A stretch of DNA of 64,000 nt from Sminthopsis crassicaudata (lineage: Eukaryota), in contig NC_133620.1 in NCBI RefSeq assembly GCF_048593235.1, positions 44,704,852 through 44,768,851 on the forward strand, given 5' to 3'. The stretch's first letter is position 1, and each line of letters begins with the position of its first letter. The notes beneath the pieces were generated by a model. It saw nothing but the letters and a program-made list of their open reading frames with translations, was not told where the DNA came from and did no database searches. The translations under genes were made by a program, and so were the position numbers. Positions 12,981 to 25,400 of the stretch are shown piece after piece.

Positions 12981-13999
12981 TGGAGAGATTTCCAATTACT
13001 TGAGGCCATGTTAATGCTCAAATGTCATTTTAGCTTAAATGTTCATCACACTTCCTTTTGTTTGTTACTATAGTAGTAAATTTGTTGGCAGAATGGAAGT
13101 CCCATGTGGCAAATATAATATTGTACAGTTAGGTATTTTAGAAACTATGTTTGGGGTCTTTGAAGCTGAGGGGTGTTGGAAATATCTAAGACACAGACAC
13201 CTCACATGAGAACTTCTTTCCAAACAATGAACTTGATATGTTTATTATTAATCTGCAATATCTCTACCATACAGCAGAAAGTGTTCCATAATGAACAAAA
13301 ACTAAGGACTTTGCTAACATGTGTGTCCTTTCAGGCAACGCTCACAAATGCTCACTGGAACCAATAAAATTGTTCTTACTTCTCTGAAAACAAAGTGCCA
13401 TACTGTTAGGTCCTATTAGATTTTACCAGATATGTATAACTTATATTAAAGTAAAACCCATAGTAATTGAGCACAGCCACCATGAAAACCACCAAGAGAA
13501 AAATGTATCAGATAGTAGAAATACATGAAAATCGAACTAGCAGGAGCAGTCAAAGTAGTATAAATAGAGTTTCACAAAGTGTCATCAAAATCTGATCACA
13601 GAAATTCTTGGAAGTTGAAAAACTGACTGGTTGCCACATTAATTTTGCGTCAATGAAAATTATACATTTTCTTATTTCAGAGAGTAGTACCCTTTGATCT
13701 TATAGCTTGTGAGGGATACCTTTAATGTACATAGGTTTGGGTTAAGAAAAGCTTATTTTGCTTTTTTTTTTTTTCTTAAAAACTGCAAATGTGATAAACA
13801 TTACAATAAGTTACTAGAATTAAGGAAAGGAATGTGGAACTACTTTTGTCTGAAAAAAAAAATAAGCTATGTTTGCATTTACTGTGCAGAAATGATTAAT
13901 GACATCAAGGATGACTGGTTGGAAGTTATTTTCCAACAATTTAAGAGCAATTGTCAGACCAAGGACAGAAGAGGCAGCTTTCTTGCGCACTTTTTTTGA

Positions 14000-14190
14000 A
14001 TAGTATTTTATTTTTTTCCCCAAATATATGTAAAGATAGTTTTCAACATTCATTTTTGTAAAACTTTTGTATACTAAATTTTTTTCCCCTCTCTCTAATA
14101 CCTCCCTCTCCCCAAGACAGCAATCTGATATAGGTTAACTGTGTGCAATCTTTTTAAACATATTTCCATATTTCTTATGTTCTTGTTCAC
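14000..14190 (-). mobile_element. L1 3' UTR fragment (old)
   Basis: ttttcaacattcatttttgtaaaac...ccccaagacagcaatctgatatagg, similar to the L1 end at 41312. Confidence 0.7.
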
Positions 14191-14334
14191 TTTCTGACAT
14201 AGGATTCTTTCACTAAAATTTATATATTTCCTGGTGTCTTTACTTTCTGGATTAAATCTGTTTCCAGTGGGACAGTATTAGTAGAGATTTTTCTAGTCAG
14301 TAAGAACTTTCATTCAGTCAACAAGTCATGATTG

Positions 14335-14490
14335 GAATAGAGTGCAACAACACAGAGAGCACTGAATTCAAAATCCACAGACCTGCAAACTCTTCTTTGC
14401 TCTGTTATCTCTGTGACCTTGAACAAGTCATTTGATCTATTGACTTCAGTTTCTTCAGCTATCAAATGAGGCAACTGAACTAGATTTAAT
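14335..14490 (+). mobile_element. MIR-type SINE
   Basis: tgtgaccttgaacaagtcattt...cagtttcttcagctatcaaatgagg CORE. Confidence 0.7.
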
Positions 14491-15479
14491 TGTGAGGTTG
14501 TTTCCAAACTAATTTTGTGATTTAGATTTTTAAGCATATTTTTTATTCAATGTGTAATTTCAGAAGAAATTAGAGTATATATATTATATATATGTGTATG
14601 TGTATAGATATGTATATAAAGTCAAAATTGCACTTCTAGAGAAAATCCTGTAATGATGATGGATTGTTGAGACTAATGTCTACGTCCTAATTCCTCTAAT
14701 CTCCCATTTGACAATGACAGGACCTCTAATAGAGAAGCTTCAGTTTCTCCCCTCTTATCAGTTCACTATGCCTCTGGAAAACATAATTCTTAGAATAACT
14801 ACTATAACCACTAAAGAAAAAAAAATCTTGCTCCTACCTCTCATGCTGGTTACACATAGCAGACATATGTTGCACCCCTAATGGTCCCATGCCATGACTT
14901 GAGTTTTATTGCAGACAGCTTGCAAACCTACTGATAGAATATAGTATAAACACACCAGGCTCTACTGAATTAGTCAATGCATTTGCAAGGTTAATGTAGC
15001 ATCTGTGATGCAAATCTGTGACCATTCTAATAGCTCGATGGGTAGACCAAGGCTATTTCTCAGCTCTACTCTGGAGTTCCATTAGATGGGTTCCTATTGC
15101 TCATTAAGTGCAAGTATCATTTGCATGGTAAATACAGGAATATATGTAAAGGAAGGGAAGCAAAAGTGCTTTACATTCACCCACCACAGTGTATTGTTGA
15201 ATTACAGGAACAAAAACAGCATTAGGAATAACCTAGACTGACGGCACATTGTGAAGCCCTACTTTGCATTTCTGGACATATGTTCAATTTCTGCTCGTAA
15301 GTTAGCTGGTTACTGGCCTGATACATTTGCTATGAAAGGCTTCATTTTTCTCATTTAGAGGTTCAGCGCCATGCCTTGTGGAGTATATTTACAAGATGTC
15401 ATATCTAACAAGCATGGAACAGGCAATGGAGATGGAAGCCAATTGCACAAAAGGCAAGTTTCTTTTCATCTGGAGGGCA

Positions 15480-15926
15480 CCAGGGCTAAGACCCCAGCAG
15501 GATTCGTCTATTTGACAAAGCTCTTCCTTCCTGCACACACTGTGTGTTGAGATACACCACCCTCATGTTGTGCTTTCTTACCAAATGTCTTTTTTTCTGG
15601 CTGCTCACTTCATATTTGTCCGTCGTATACAAAATGTAATGTCTAAAGAAAGCATGATCGGGCTGTGCATTGCTAATCTCATTACTGTAATGGCTATGAA
15701 AACATACCAACAAAAAGGGATACTGGTAAGCCACCCCCCACATGCGTGCCATACTCAGCATGCCTCCTTATTGAAACATGTGCATTCACCGGCTCCCAGA
15801 ACCCCAGCCGTCAGCAAATTCAATTCTCCTTCTCACTCCCTGCTGCAAGTGAAGAATAACGCCTCAGTCTTAAACGAAAGAAGTGCTGACAAGCCTGTCT
15901 ACCTTAAAGAGTGATCACGTCCAAGG
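15480..15926 (+). promoter_or_regulatory. candidate promoter / non-coding first exon
   Basis: Unique sequence with about 10 CpGs; donors CTG|gtaagc (15726) and AAGG|gtaaga (15927). Confidence 0.4.
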
Positions 15927-16125
15927 GTAAGAGGAGAAGAAGAAAAGAAAATACTCACTTTCAATCGAATTGGATACTTTTGTCTTTGGGGAAAGAACAA
16001 GATTGTATCCATTCTCAATTCTTTTATTAACTGTGTTCCCCCCCTTCTCATTATAATATAACTCTTCTTCCTTTCAATTAGTCTTTTAAGATTGTACTTA
16101 TATCTTTCTTCTAACGATACATTAT

Positions 16126-16182
16126 ATACTAATCATAACCATCGCTACTTATCATAACCAACTAACTTAATCATAACCAATC
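16126..16182. repeat. 19-bp-period repeat, 3 copies
   Basis: ATCATAACCA at 16132, 16151 and 16170. Confidence 0.9.
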
Positions 16183-16689
16183 CACAACTTAAGAGCTTGA
16201 CATGATTTTTCTAGTTAATTTGTGGCGAAGGTCACTGATGGCCAGAATGGAAGATGCATCCTGCTACTTTTGGAATGCCAGTGATCAGTCTTAAATGATT
16301 AAGGTGACTTTTATTGAGTAGATAAGCTAATCAGAAAGCTCAAGGCATTAAGACACATGTTATTTTTGGCTTTGTTCTATAGTCTGCAAAATAATGTAGG
16401 ATAATATGCCTGTTTAAATGTATTCTTGATTTTAATTTATACCAAATAGGGGGTGATGATCATGGCTTTGTTTGCTGAAGACACACATAAAGCTCAGTAG
16501 GTGATGGGTTGTAAACTTGACTGTAACAGTGAATGGAAATAAACGATTACTTTTTAAGGGAAAATTTAAATATAGTGAGAAAACTTTGATCTCCACTACT
16601 GTCAATATGACATGATACCAGCCACTCAAAAGTATTGTAAATCATTTAATTTATCTGTCTAATGCAATGAAGTTATTAGAGTTCAGAAG

Positions 16690-17030
16690 AGGGCTATTGC
16701 CTTTGATAATTAGGAAATGACCACACTATAGGGACTTAGTTAAAGGAACTGAAGTACTGAGCCAGAAAACGTAGACTTAGGAAATGTTCGACAGATGTCT
16801 ATAAATTTTCCAAAATCTGTCATCTGGAAGTGGACTTAAGCTTGTTCTACCTAGAACCAGAAAACTGAAATGGGATTAAAGGGTAAATGTTGCAAAGGGC
16901 TCCATTAAATGTCAGTCACTGGAGGTCTTCAAGCAAAGACTGGATGGACACTTGTCAGTATATTTGTAAAGAAAATTCAGTATGAGTTGGACTTAATAGG
17001 TGCCTTCCAACTCTGACATTCTCTGATTCA
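16690..17030 (+). mobile_element. CR1/L3 LINE 3' end
   Basis: tcactggaggtcttcaagcaaagactggatggacacttgtc...ccttccaactctgacattctctgatt matches recalled CR1/L3 terminus. Confidence 0.75.
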
Positions 17031-18189
17031 ATTGTCAAGTGAATATAGCCAAAATTTCAAGGCTCAGAACACATATTTTTATTTATTTCTCTTTATATAT
17101 AAACTGGTGCCAAGAAGATAATAGATTTGGTTAATGATAATAATGCATCTCTATGACCATGTAATAAAAAATTAATGGGTTCAATTAGCCAACTATTATA
17201 TTGTTAAGAGGAGTGATCAAACTGACTTTAAAAACAGCTTTCATTTCTCATTATCTCTATCAACTTCTTAGGTCCTCATTTTCCAGCTCTGTAAAATAAT
17301 ATAGTGAAAGTATATTGTAGGATTGCTTTCACTTTAAAATCTACTACTATGGGCAGACACTGTGCCAGGCTTTGGGGATTAAAAAGACAAGAATGAAATC
17401 ATTTTGGTCCTCAAGGATCTTATATATTCTGAGGGAGAAAAAAATGTAAAAAGTAGATAAAAAACAAATATACTTTTTTTCGTTTGTGGAGGGTGTTTTT
17501 TGGTGGTGGTGGGGAACGTGCAGGGAAGAACTTTTAAGCTGGAAATTCAGTTTACATCTTACATAGGAAATTTGAAGTAAGCTAGGGATTCTAAGATGAA
17601 AAAGTGAGGAGAAGAATTAGTTATTATGAATATCCAAACCAAAAGAACTTTCAATTTGCTCTGATTTGGTTGAAATAATACAGGATTGGCCCCAGAGACA
17701 CTAATCATAGTGAAGAAAAATAGACTACTTAAAGAGAAGTTATATAATTCCTATAATTTTTTTATGCTATACAAATTCCTAGAGAATACAAGCTCCTTAA
17801 GGGCAGGGCGTTTTTTTCTTATTTTTTTTTTTTAATTCCCAGAACCTAGCAAAGCCCTTGGCATTATTTTTTTTAAACCCTATTTGTGATTTCAGTGTTA
17901 TGAGAAATACAGAGTATATGCTTACTTAATATTTACTGATTAATAGATTCAGTGATCCTGGTGAATTTTTGTTCACACTCAACACATAAAATCCTTTGTA
18001 TTGCTGTTTATATTTCTGCTACTTTTTTCTTATTTTTTTAACTTTCCTTCACAGGGAACTTTGCCACCAGGTTAATTACAGTCTGATAGAATTTCCAGTC
18101 ATCTTAACTTTCTAAAGGAGTACTATCGGTGGCTATGACAGCAGTAGCAAGAATCAAGAAATCTTAGATACTCATAGTATTCAGAATAT

Positions 18190-18370
18190 AATTTTATTGG
18201 AAATATGTTCAGCATGATTGCATATGTGTAACCTATAAAAAATTCTGGCTTTTTTTTCAATGAGGAGAAGGAAGGAGAGGGAGAAAATTTGGAACTCAAA
18301 AATTAAAAAAAAAAAGACTTTTAACGATTATTTGTATACATAATTGAGGAAAAATGTTACATTAAAAAGA
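18190..18370 (+). mobile_element. L1 3' end fragment
   Basis: gcatatgtgtaacctat...ggagagggagaaaatttggaactcaaaa plus A-rich tail. Confidence 0.7.
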
Positions 18371-18469
18371 ACTTGCCAATATAAGAAAAAGATGACAATG
18401 AAAAAATGCATTATCTCCTTTATCTCTATATATTTTATTCTATATACATACATATACATAAATAATCTT

Positions 18470-18590
18470 CTCACTTCCTTTTTTATTTCCTTCCTTCCTC
18501 TCTTCTCTCTTCCCTCTCCTCTCTCTCTCTCTCTCTCTCTCCCTCTTCTTTCTCTCTCTCATACACTTTCTCTCTTCTCTCTCTCTATAT
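18470..18590. repeat. CT-rich polypyrimidine tract
   Basis: (CT)n-like run. Confidence 0.9.
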
Positions 18591-18688
18591 GTATGTAAAT
18601 ATATATTCATGTCTTTATTTATCTACATCTAGATATATACATACAGATAGAGATACACACAAACACACATGCACACATACTTTCTTTT

Positions 18689-18930
18689 GGGCAATGCAGT
18701 GGCACAGTGCTAGGTCAGGAGCCAGGAAGACTCATCTTTCTGAGTGCAAATCTGGCCTCAGACACTTACTAGCTGTGTGACCCTGGACAAGTCACTAAAC
18801 TATGTTTACCTGGGTTTTCTAATATATAAAATTACCTTGAGAAGGAAATGACAAATCACTTCAGGATCTTTGTCAAGAAAACCTCAAATATCATCATGAA
18901 GAGTTGTTTATAATTAAAAATGGCTTAATG
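18689..18930 (+). mobile_element. MAR1-like CORE-SINE
   Basis: caaatctggcctcagacacttactagctgtgtgaccctggacaagtcact plus gagaaggaaatgacaaatcacttcaggatctttgtcaagaaaacc tail. Confidence 0.85.
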
Positions 18931-21214
18931 ACAAAAAAAAAATCTCCCTTCATTAAATGCTGCCTTATGTTGTTTGTATCATAAATACTTATAATTTCCA
19001 AGTTCTTTGATTTCAAAATATTGAAATTCTGGAAAATTATTTGAATTATTTTGAAATAAAATCATATAAAGTGTAATATGATAATCTCTTTTATATAGAA
19101 AAATATAAAAATTATGAATAAATTTTAAGTATTCAACAAAATCATTTGCAAATGGTTTACTCTTTAAAATATTTTATAATCTTTTCTTTTTTACATCATT
19201 TTCATTTCCAAATATATTCCTTCCTCTTCTATTTATTGAACTCTGTAACAAAGAATTTTTTTAAAAAAGGAAAAATTACAGCAAAAAATAGTTCAGCAAA
19301 ACTCAATCTCATAGTATATATGATATTCCCCATTCCCAGCCACCTCACATGAAATTTATCCTTCCACAATATTTTAAAGTCAATCATTTTTAAATATATC
19401 TGAAAAGTGATTGATCAAGTGACAAACTTGCAATGAGCATTTACTACGTCTCCAAAACCATAGTAACTATTGGAGCACAAAGAAAAGCCAAGGCAAGCCC
19501 TATTCTTGAGCTTATAGTCAAATTGATCATCATTTCACACTGATGCAGCATTTTAAAGTTTCCAAAGCATTTTAGTTATTTTATTATTCAATCTTATAGC
19601 AAATCTGTGAAGTAGCTGATATTATCCTCATTTTACAGATTAGAAAATGATGTTCATAGGAAGAACCACGTTGAAATTATGTTCACAAGGAGCTCAGGTG
19701 ATATTTAGGTAAGAGTTGAATCCAAGACTTCCTGGCATCAGGCCTTGTATCATACCCTTTCTTCCAAAGTCTCTCTTTGATATACAGACTTTGACAGCTC
19801 TCTAAAGCTAGTCATGGATGTATTTTTATTTTCATTAAGAAGATGGAGAAATAGAAGGAAAGAAATTGAATTGATGGATCAGAGTACAGATTTTCTGTGA
19901 AAATTAGCTCCTCATCCTGGTTTTCATGTCTGTCAAAAAACATTAATTAAGTGCCTACTATATGTCACATCTCTTCTTCAGTAAGGATATACTGTGCTCT
20001 CTAGCAATAGAGCAGATAGAAACAGACATTTCTGCTAATCTGGCTTTGATGATTTCAGGGGGAAATGGGACAAATATGAATGACTTAATTGATTTTTCTC
20101 TTCTAGAGAGAATTGCTATTTCTCTTTGTTGATTGGCTATTCCTTTTGTACATACATGTATTATATCATTTGGTAAAGGTCAAGTACAGCATGTCATTCT
20201 AATTTGCTCTGTAATTCTTAGTAAATTGCTGAGAATATCTATCAATATCCACCATGATAAAATATTTTATTTCTTTTTCTGCATGGTGGAACATACAGTT
20301 TTATGATCATGGAGACTTAAAATTTTACACATTATAATCATTTTTAGCATTGGATTAAATTGTGTAGGCTTACAAAAGCACTAATTAGGAGACATTTTTA
20401 AGGTTTTTTTATTTAAAAGCTCAATGAGACGTTAAATTTGAAAGCACTTTGAAAAAGTTAATAATGCTGTATGAATGTAGGGATTTATTAGCATAGGACA
20501 TCAGAGGAAGAAACATAAAATTTTATTATTATTAAGCAATGGTATTAGAGGAAGAAGAGATTAAAAAAGGCAAAGAAAAATCAGGATTAAGTGTAGCAGG
20601 GAAGGACAATTAACACATTTTTATTACTGTTCTCCTCATTGGATACTAATTTGTTCACTTAGGTAAGATGTGATTCCTGGATTAAAAGAAACAGCTAAAA
20701 AATGAAGACAATCCAAAAATATAAGATGTGAAATTTAAAGTTACCTTCCTTGTGAAATTGAAAATGTTATCATTTACTGACAGGCACTAATGACTCTAAT
20801 GAAGACAGAGACTTTAGTTAACACAAATAAAGGAGAAGAGCTGCTAATAGAAGTGCAAACAGAACCTTAATTAATGAGCATATTAATTGGTCTTCTTTGC
20901 TAAAGATCATATGATGGCTGAAGTCCTGTGCAATCACATCTATATAACTGACATATATTGTTAGGGAGGGAAGTATAAGTAGATGTAGAAATTGATAGTA
21001 CTTAATTCTAAAATCATTCATAACAAATGAAGATACATAAAAATTCTAATCTATAGGAACATATTGTTTGAATAAATCATTTAGAATAGTTTGTTATATG
21101 ATTGCTAGAGGTATTTTTGAAATGTAATTCTGTTGAAATTTAGTATATATAAACCAAATAGCTCAAAATATTCAATCTTGTTCTTAAATGATTTATAAAC
21201 TCATTGGAAAATTC

Positions 21215-21412
21215 CTTCCTCCCTCCTTCCTTTTCTTTCCTCCTTCCTTTCTTCCTTCTTCCCTTCCTTCTCCTTTCCCATTTCCCTTTTCCCTTTTCTC
21301 CTTTCTCCTTTCTCCTTTCCCTTTCCCCTTTCCCTTTTCTCCCTTCCCTCCCCCTTTTCTCTTCCCTTCTCCTTTTCCCTTCCTACCTCCTTTCCTTCCT
21401 TCCCACCTACCT
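21215..21412. repeat. about 200-bp polypyrimidine (TTCC/TTCCC-like) repeat
   Basis: Almost purely C/T on the + strand. Confidence 0.95.
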
Positions 21413-21679
21413 ATGTAGAGAACATTTATTAAAAAAATATATTTTGCCCACTTTAACTCTAGAATTTAACTCAATAGTCTAAAATAATATTCATCACTTT
21501 CCAGATCACATGAAAGAGAAAGAATAAAATCATTTTTGCAATATCCTTGTGTCCCAAATTCTTTGTGAAATCAATTTCCTGACAATAATATACAATCATT
21601 TGCTTACAACTTGGTATAATATTTGGGGTAGGTTATAGGATATATGTTTTAAATTCTTTTAGAATATTTTTGTTTCTTA

Positions 21680-24600
21680 TAAGTTAGCACTTATATAGTA
21701 CTTGAGAAAATTTTTTTTAACAATTTAATTCTTACGATCCTGTTATGATTATTCTTTTTTTTTAATTGATGAGGAAACTGAGGTAGACAGAGTCTGAATG
21801 ACTAGCTTAGCATCATATATCTAGTAAGTTTCTGAAGTCATATTTGAATTAAATTTTTCCTGACTTTAGGCGAGTGTTCTATCTGTTACATCAACTAGAA
21901 GTCTCTCTTGAAATTCATCTCTGCATTATTACATATATGCATGAATTCCTCGGTAGTACTATTCTTTTGTTAAATTCCCATGTTTTAAAATTCAAAACTT
22001 TAGAATTTACAGAGGGAGAAGGTCACTAAATTCAGCAGGTTCCCTCACTTTGGTAACACATTAGGGTAGTGTCTAATTAGATGAACAAATCAAAGTGAAC
22101 CCTGTGCATTAAAACAGAAACTAAATTCAATCATTTCAAAATAAATCCATAATCCATAGAGTAGTATCTTTTCTTTCCCCTTTCCAGCAGAAATAGGCAA
22201 ATCTTGAATCTCTCAGATGGAGTTTGGGGTATGGGTTTCATTTTTGTCTTCTTTGAAAACCTCAAGATGATGCATTTTTTTCTGGGAAGAATACCAAATA
22301 AAAATCCCATTTGTCTTCTATTTTTGGGTGCTGCTGTCCTCACACAGTGTGGTCCCTTGAACTATTCTATTCCCTTTCTTGACAATAATGATTGTGTTAG
22401 TACAAGTGTTTACATTTGAGTTAAGATGTACATGAGGAAAATTGGACTCTTGTTTTTTCTATTCTTAACTATCCTATTCTTGTATTGAGAAATGGAGGAA
22501 TATATATCTTCTGAATTTTTTTTACCCACAATTTACCCCCAAATTAAAACAAATAAATAAACTGATATTTCAGATCAATCTTCATGGCCACATTAAACAT
22601 CTGTGTGGTCCTTAATAATAATCCTTAGCAATTCTATAGTAATATTTATTATTCTAAGTCATTTTCCTTCGTTCAAATCTGGCCTCAGATGCTGAGCAAG
22701 TCACTTAACCCTGTTTGCCTCAGTTTCCCCATCTGTAAAGTGAGTTACAGAAGTAAATGACAAACTACTTTAGTATCTTTGCCAAGAGAAGCCCAGATGC
22801 GATATGAAGTCAGAAAAATGACTGAACTAGCATTTAAGTAATTAATTCACCACATATATTATTAACATATATTAAGATTTATAAAATATTTTATAAATAT
22901 TGTCTCATTTAGTTTTTACAACCACCATGGAGGTGATACTATTGTTTTTCCCCCAACTTTACAACTGAGCAAACTAAGGCAGGCAGAGGTTAAGTGAATT
23001 GTGCAAGGAATAGAGCTCTGGGCCTACAGTCAGGAAGATGTTATATCAAATCTGGCTTCAGATACTACCTAGATGTGTGACCCTGGATAAGTCATTTAAC
23101 TCATTTTTGCATCAGTTTAGTTATCTAATATTATTGATTATGATCAGTTTGTCTTTCAGAATATAACAAAAGGAATAAAAATATTTGTTTTTTCTCCAAA
23201 CATGCATTCAGGCTTTGAATTATAATACATAGGATGATAATATTTTTGCACGCCTGCATATAACTCTGAGCAAGTAAGAGTATCTATGAATCTTAATGTT
23301 GTTTTCTGTAAATGGGAAGGGGGAAGATACCTCCTCAAAAGAAAAGAGAATTTTATTTTGAAGAAATTGTTAATATTATTATTCTTAGGTGGGATGGCAT
23401 GGTGGTTTTGAAATGAAGAGAACTAGTTAAAATGCATGATTTTTAATATATATTGCAAAGTAACCCTGGGCAAGTCATCTAATATTTTAAAGTCTCAGAC
23501 ATCTTTATAAAATTGTGATTTGCCGAATAAGTGTTGATCTGTACCAATTGAGGACATATTCTCACAAATAGATCCCTATACCAATCTGTCAGAGGTAGAA
23601 TCTAAGAAAAAAATGTAATTAATAGCATGAATAGTGAATCAGGTATTCATAATAATCAGAGCTCAAATATCATCATTACCCACTCTGATTATAATAAAGA
23701 CAAGAATCTATGTAATACTAGTTAACAAATTCAATTCAATTCAACAAATTTTTATTTAAAATCACTTTATATGAGGTACTATTTTAAGGGATGACAATAA
23801 AAGGCAAAATTGAAGATGGCCAGAGCTTTGAGTGAAATTTGCAATCTATTGACAGGGGAATGAAAGCTCTTTTCCCACAATAACCCTCTGATGTAGATAC
23901 TCATCCTAATTTTACAGATGGAGGAAGTGAAACTTAAGAGATATTTTGTGGTTTGTGATCACATAGCTAATAAATATTCTTTTCTGAATTGAACTCAATC
24001 TCCCCACTTCAAGTACTATACTTATCACATTATAAAATATTTCCTCTCATCCCCAAATTATTAATAAAATTTAAAAAGCAAAAACATAAACTCCATAGAT
24101 GATAATCTACTTGTAATTTAGTTTAACCAGAGACATCAGGGCAACATGGTAGTTGTCTTACAACCCCGAAATTGAGATAGAAGGGACACAAAAGATATAA
24201 TATGCAGTCCTTCAGGAGGCAGAAATGACTGAGCTGTGCTCCAAGTTAGAAAGAATAATTAATTAAGACTAAAAGCTTTGTTAATAACCCTCATCTGTGA
24301 GCCATGATAACTCATTTGTTTTAATTGAATCGTATACTATTTTTGCCCCATGAATTATGAAGTTTATTTCCTGGTCTGAGCACCAGAACTGCTGGTTGAA
24401 TCTTATATGTATATATTCGATCTTAAGGGAATGGAGCCATGTTTCAATGTTTATACATATTGTATGAAACAATAATTAATCTGCTGTTACAGTTAAATAG
24501 TTTTTGCTCTTATTGATTATAATATCAATGTTAATACTAACTATATTATAGCTACAAATAATATGCTTTGCTTTTAAATGGTATTTTTAAAAGTTTAATA

Positions 24601-24800
24601 AATGCTTTTCAGATATTATCTTATTTAATTCTTACAACAGCCCTAAGTAATATATGCTATAATGTCCCCATTTTATAGATGAAGAAACTAAATCAAGTTG
24701 AGGCTAAGGGACTTTCCAGTGGCTAGAACAAAATTTGAATCAAAATCTTTTTGAGTCCAGATCCAGGTCCAGTGCTCTATCAACCTCACTATCTGGATAG
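21680..24800. mobile_element. dispersed MIR/MAR1 copies (approx. 21680-21900 -, 22670-22840 +, 22880-23010 -, 23010-23120 +, 23880-24010 -, 24590-24800 -)
   Basis: Repeated CORE motifs gaggaaactgagg, agaggttaagtga, caagtcacttaacc, ttttacagatg. Confidence 0.7.
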
Positions 24801-25304
24801 TTAACTTTCACTTCTTATTTATTAAATGACAACTATAATGTTTAAAAGAAATTATGGGGAATGAATATGAAATAAAATTCTTACTTTAATCCATTATTAA
24901 AGATTTATAATCATCCTAGGTTAAACCTTTTGAGCATAACTGTGGAACTGGCAAATAAGAATTAAGTCTCAGAGCATGCTGGGAGACTAGGTTTCCCCAA
25001 CTTCCATTCCACAGCTCTAGTTTGGTGAGCATGCTTCTATAAGTGCACAGTGATGGAGAATGGAGGGATCCTCCAGAGTCAGAGAATATGCATGTACTCT
25101 TCTTGTGTGAGTGAGGGAGTCTTTTAATTCACTACTAAACTAGTATTGAGAATACCAATGAGAAATCAGTCCAAAAGACTGATGGAGAAATTTGATCTCT
25201 CTTCTCTGGTTACCAGAAAGGCAAGCCTATTTTAAGTCTCTGGGCAAGGAGAGAAGTAGAAACACAAAACAACATATAGTTTTGAATGCATGACACTGAT
25301 GTTT

Positions 25305-25400
25305 CTACTGTCTGTCTCTCTCTCTCTTTTCCTCTGTCTCTGTCTCTCAGTCTGTCTCTGTCTCGCTGTCTGTCTCTGTCTGTCTGTTTCTCTCTCGTCT
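25305..25400. repeat. (TCTG/TC)n simple repeat
   Basis: Degenerate tetranucleotide run. Confidence 0.9.

Noticed and set aside
21188-21482. P/F/S/L-rich ORFs
   Set aside because: Translations of the polypyrimidine repeat.
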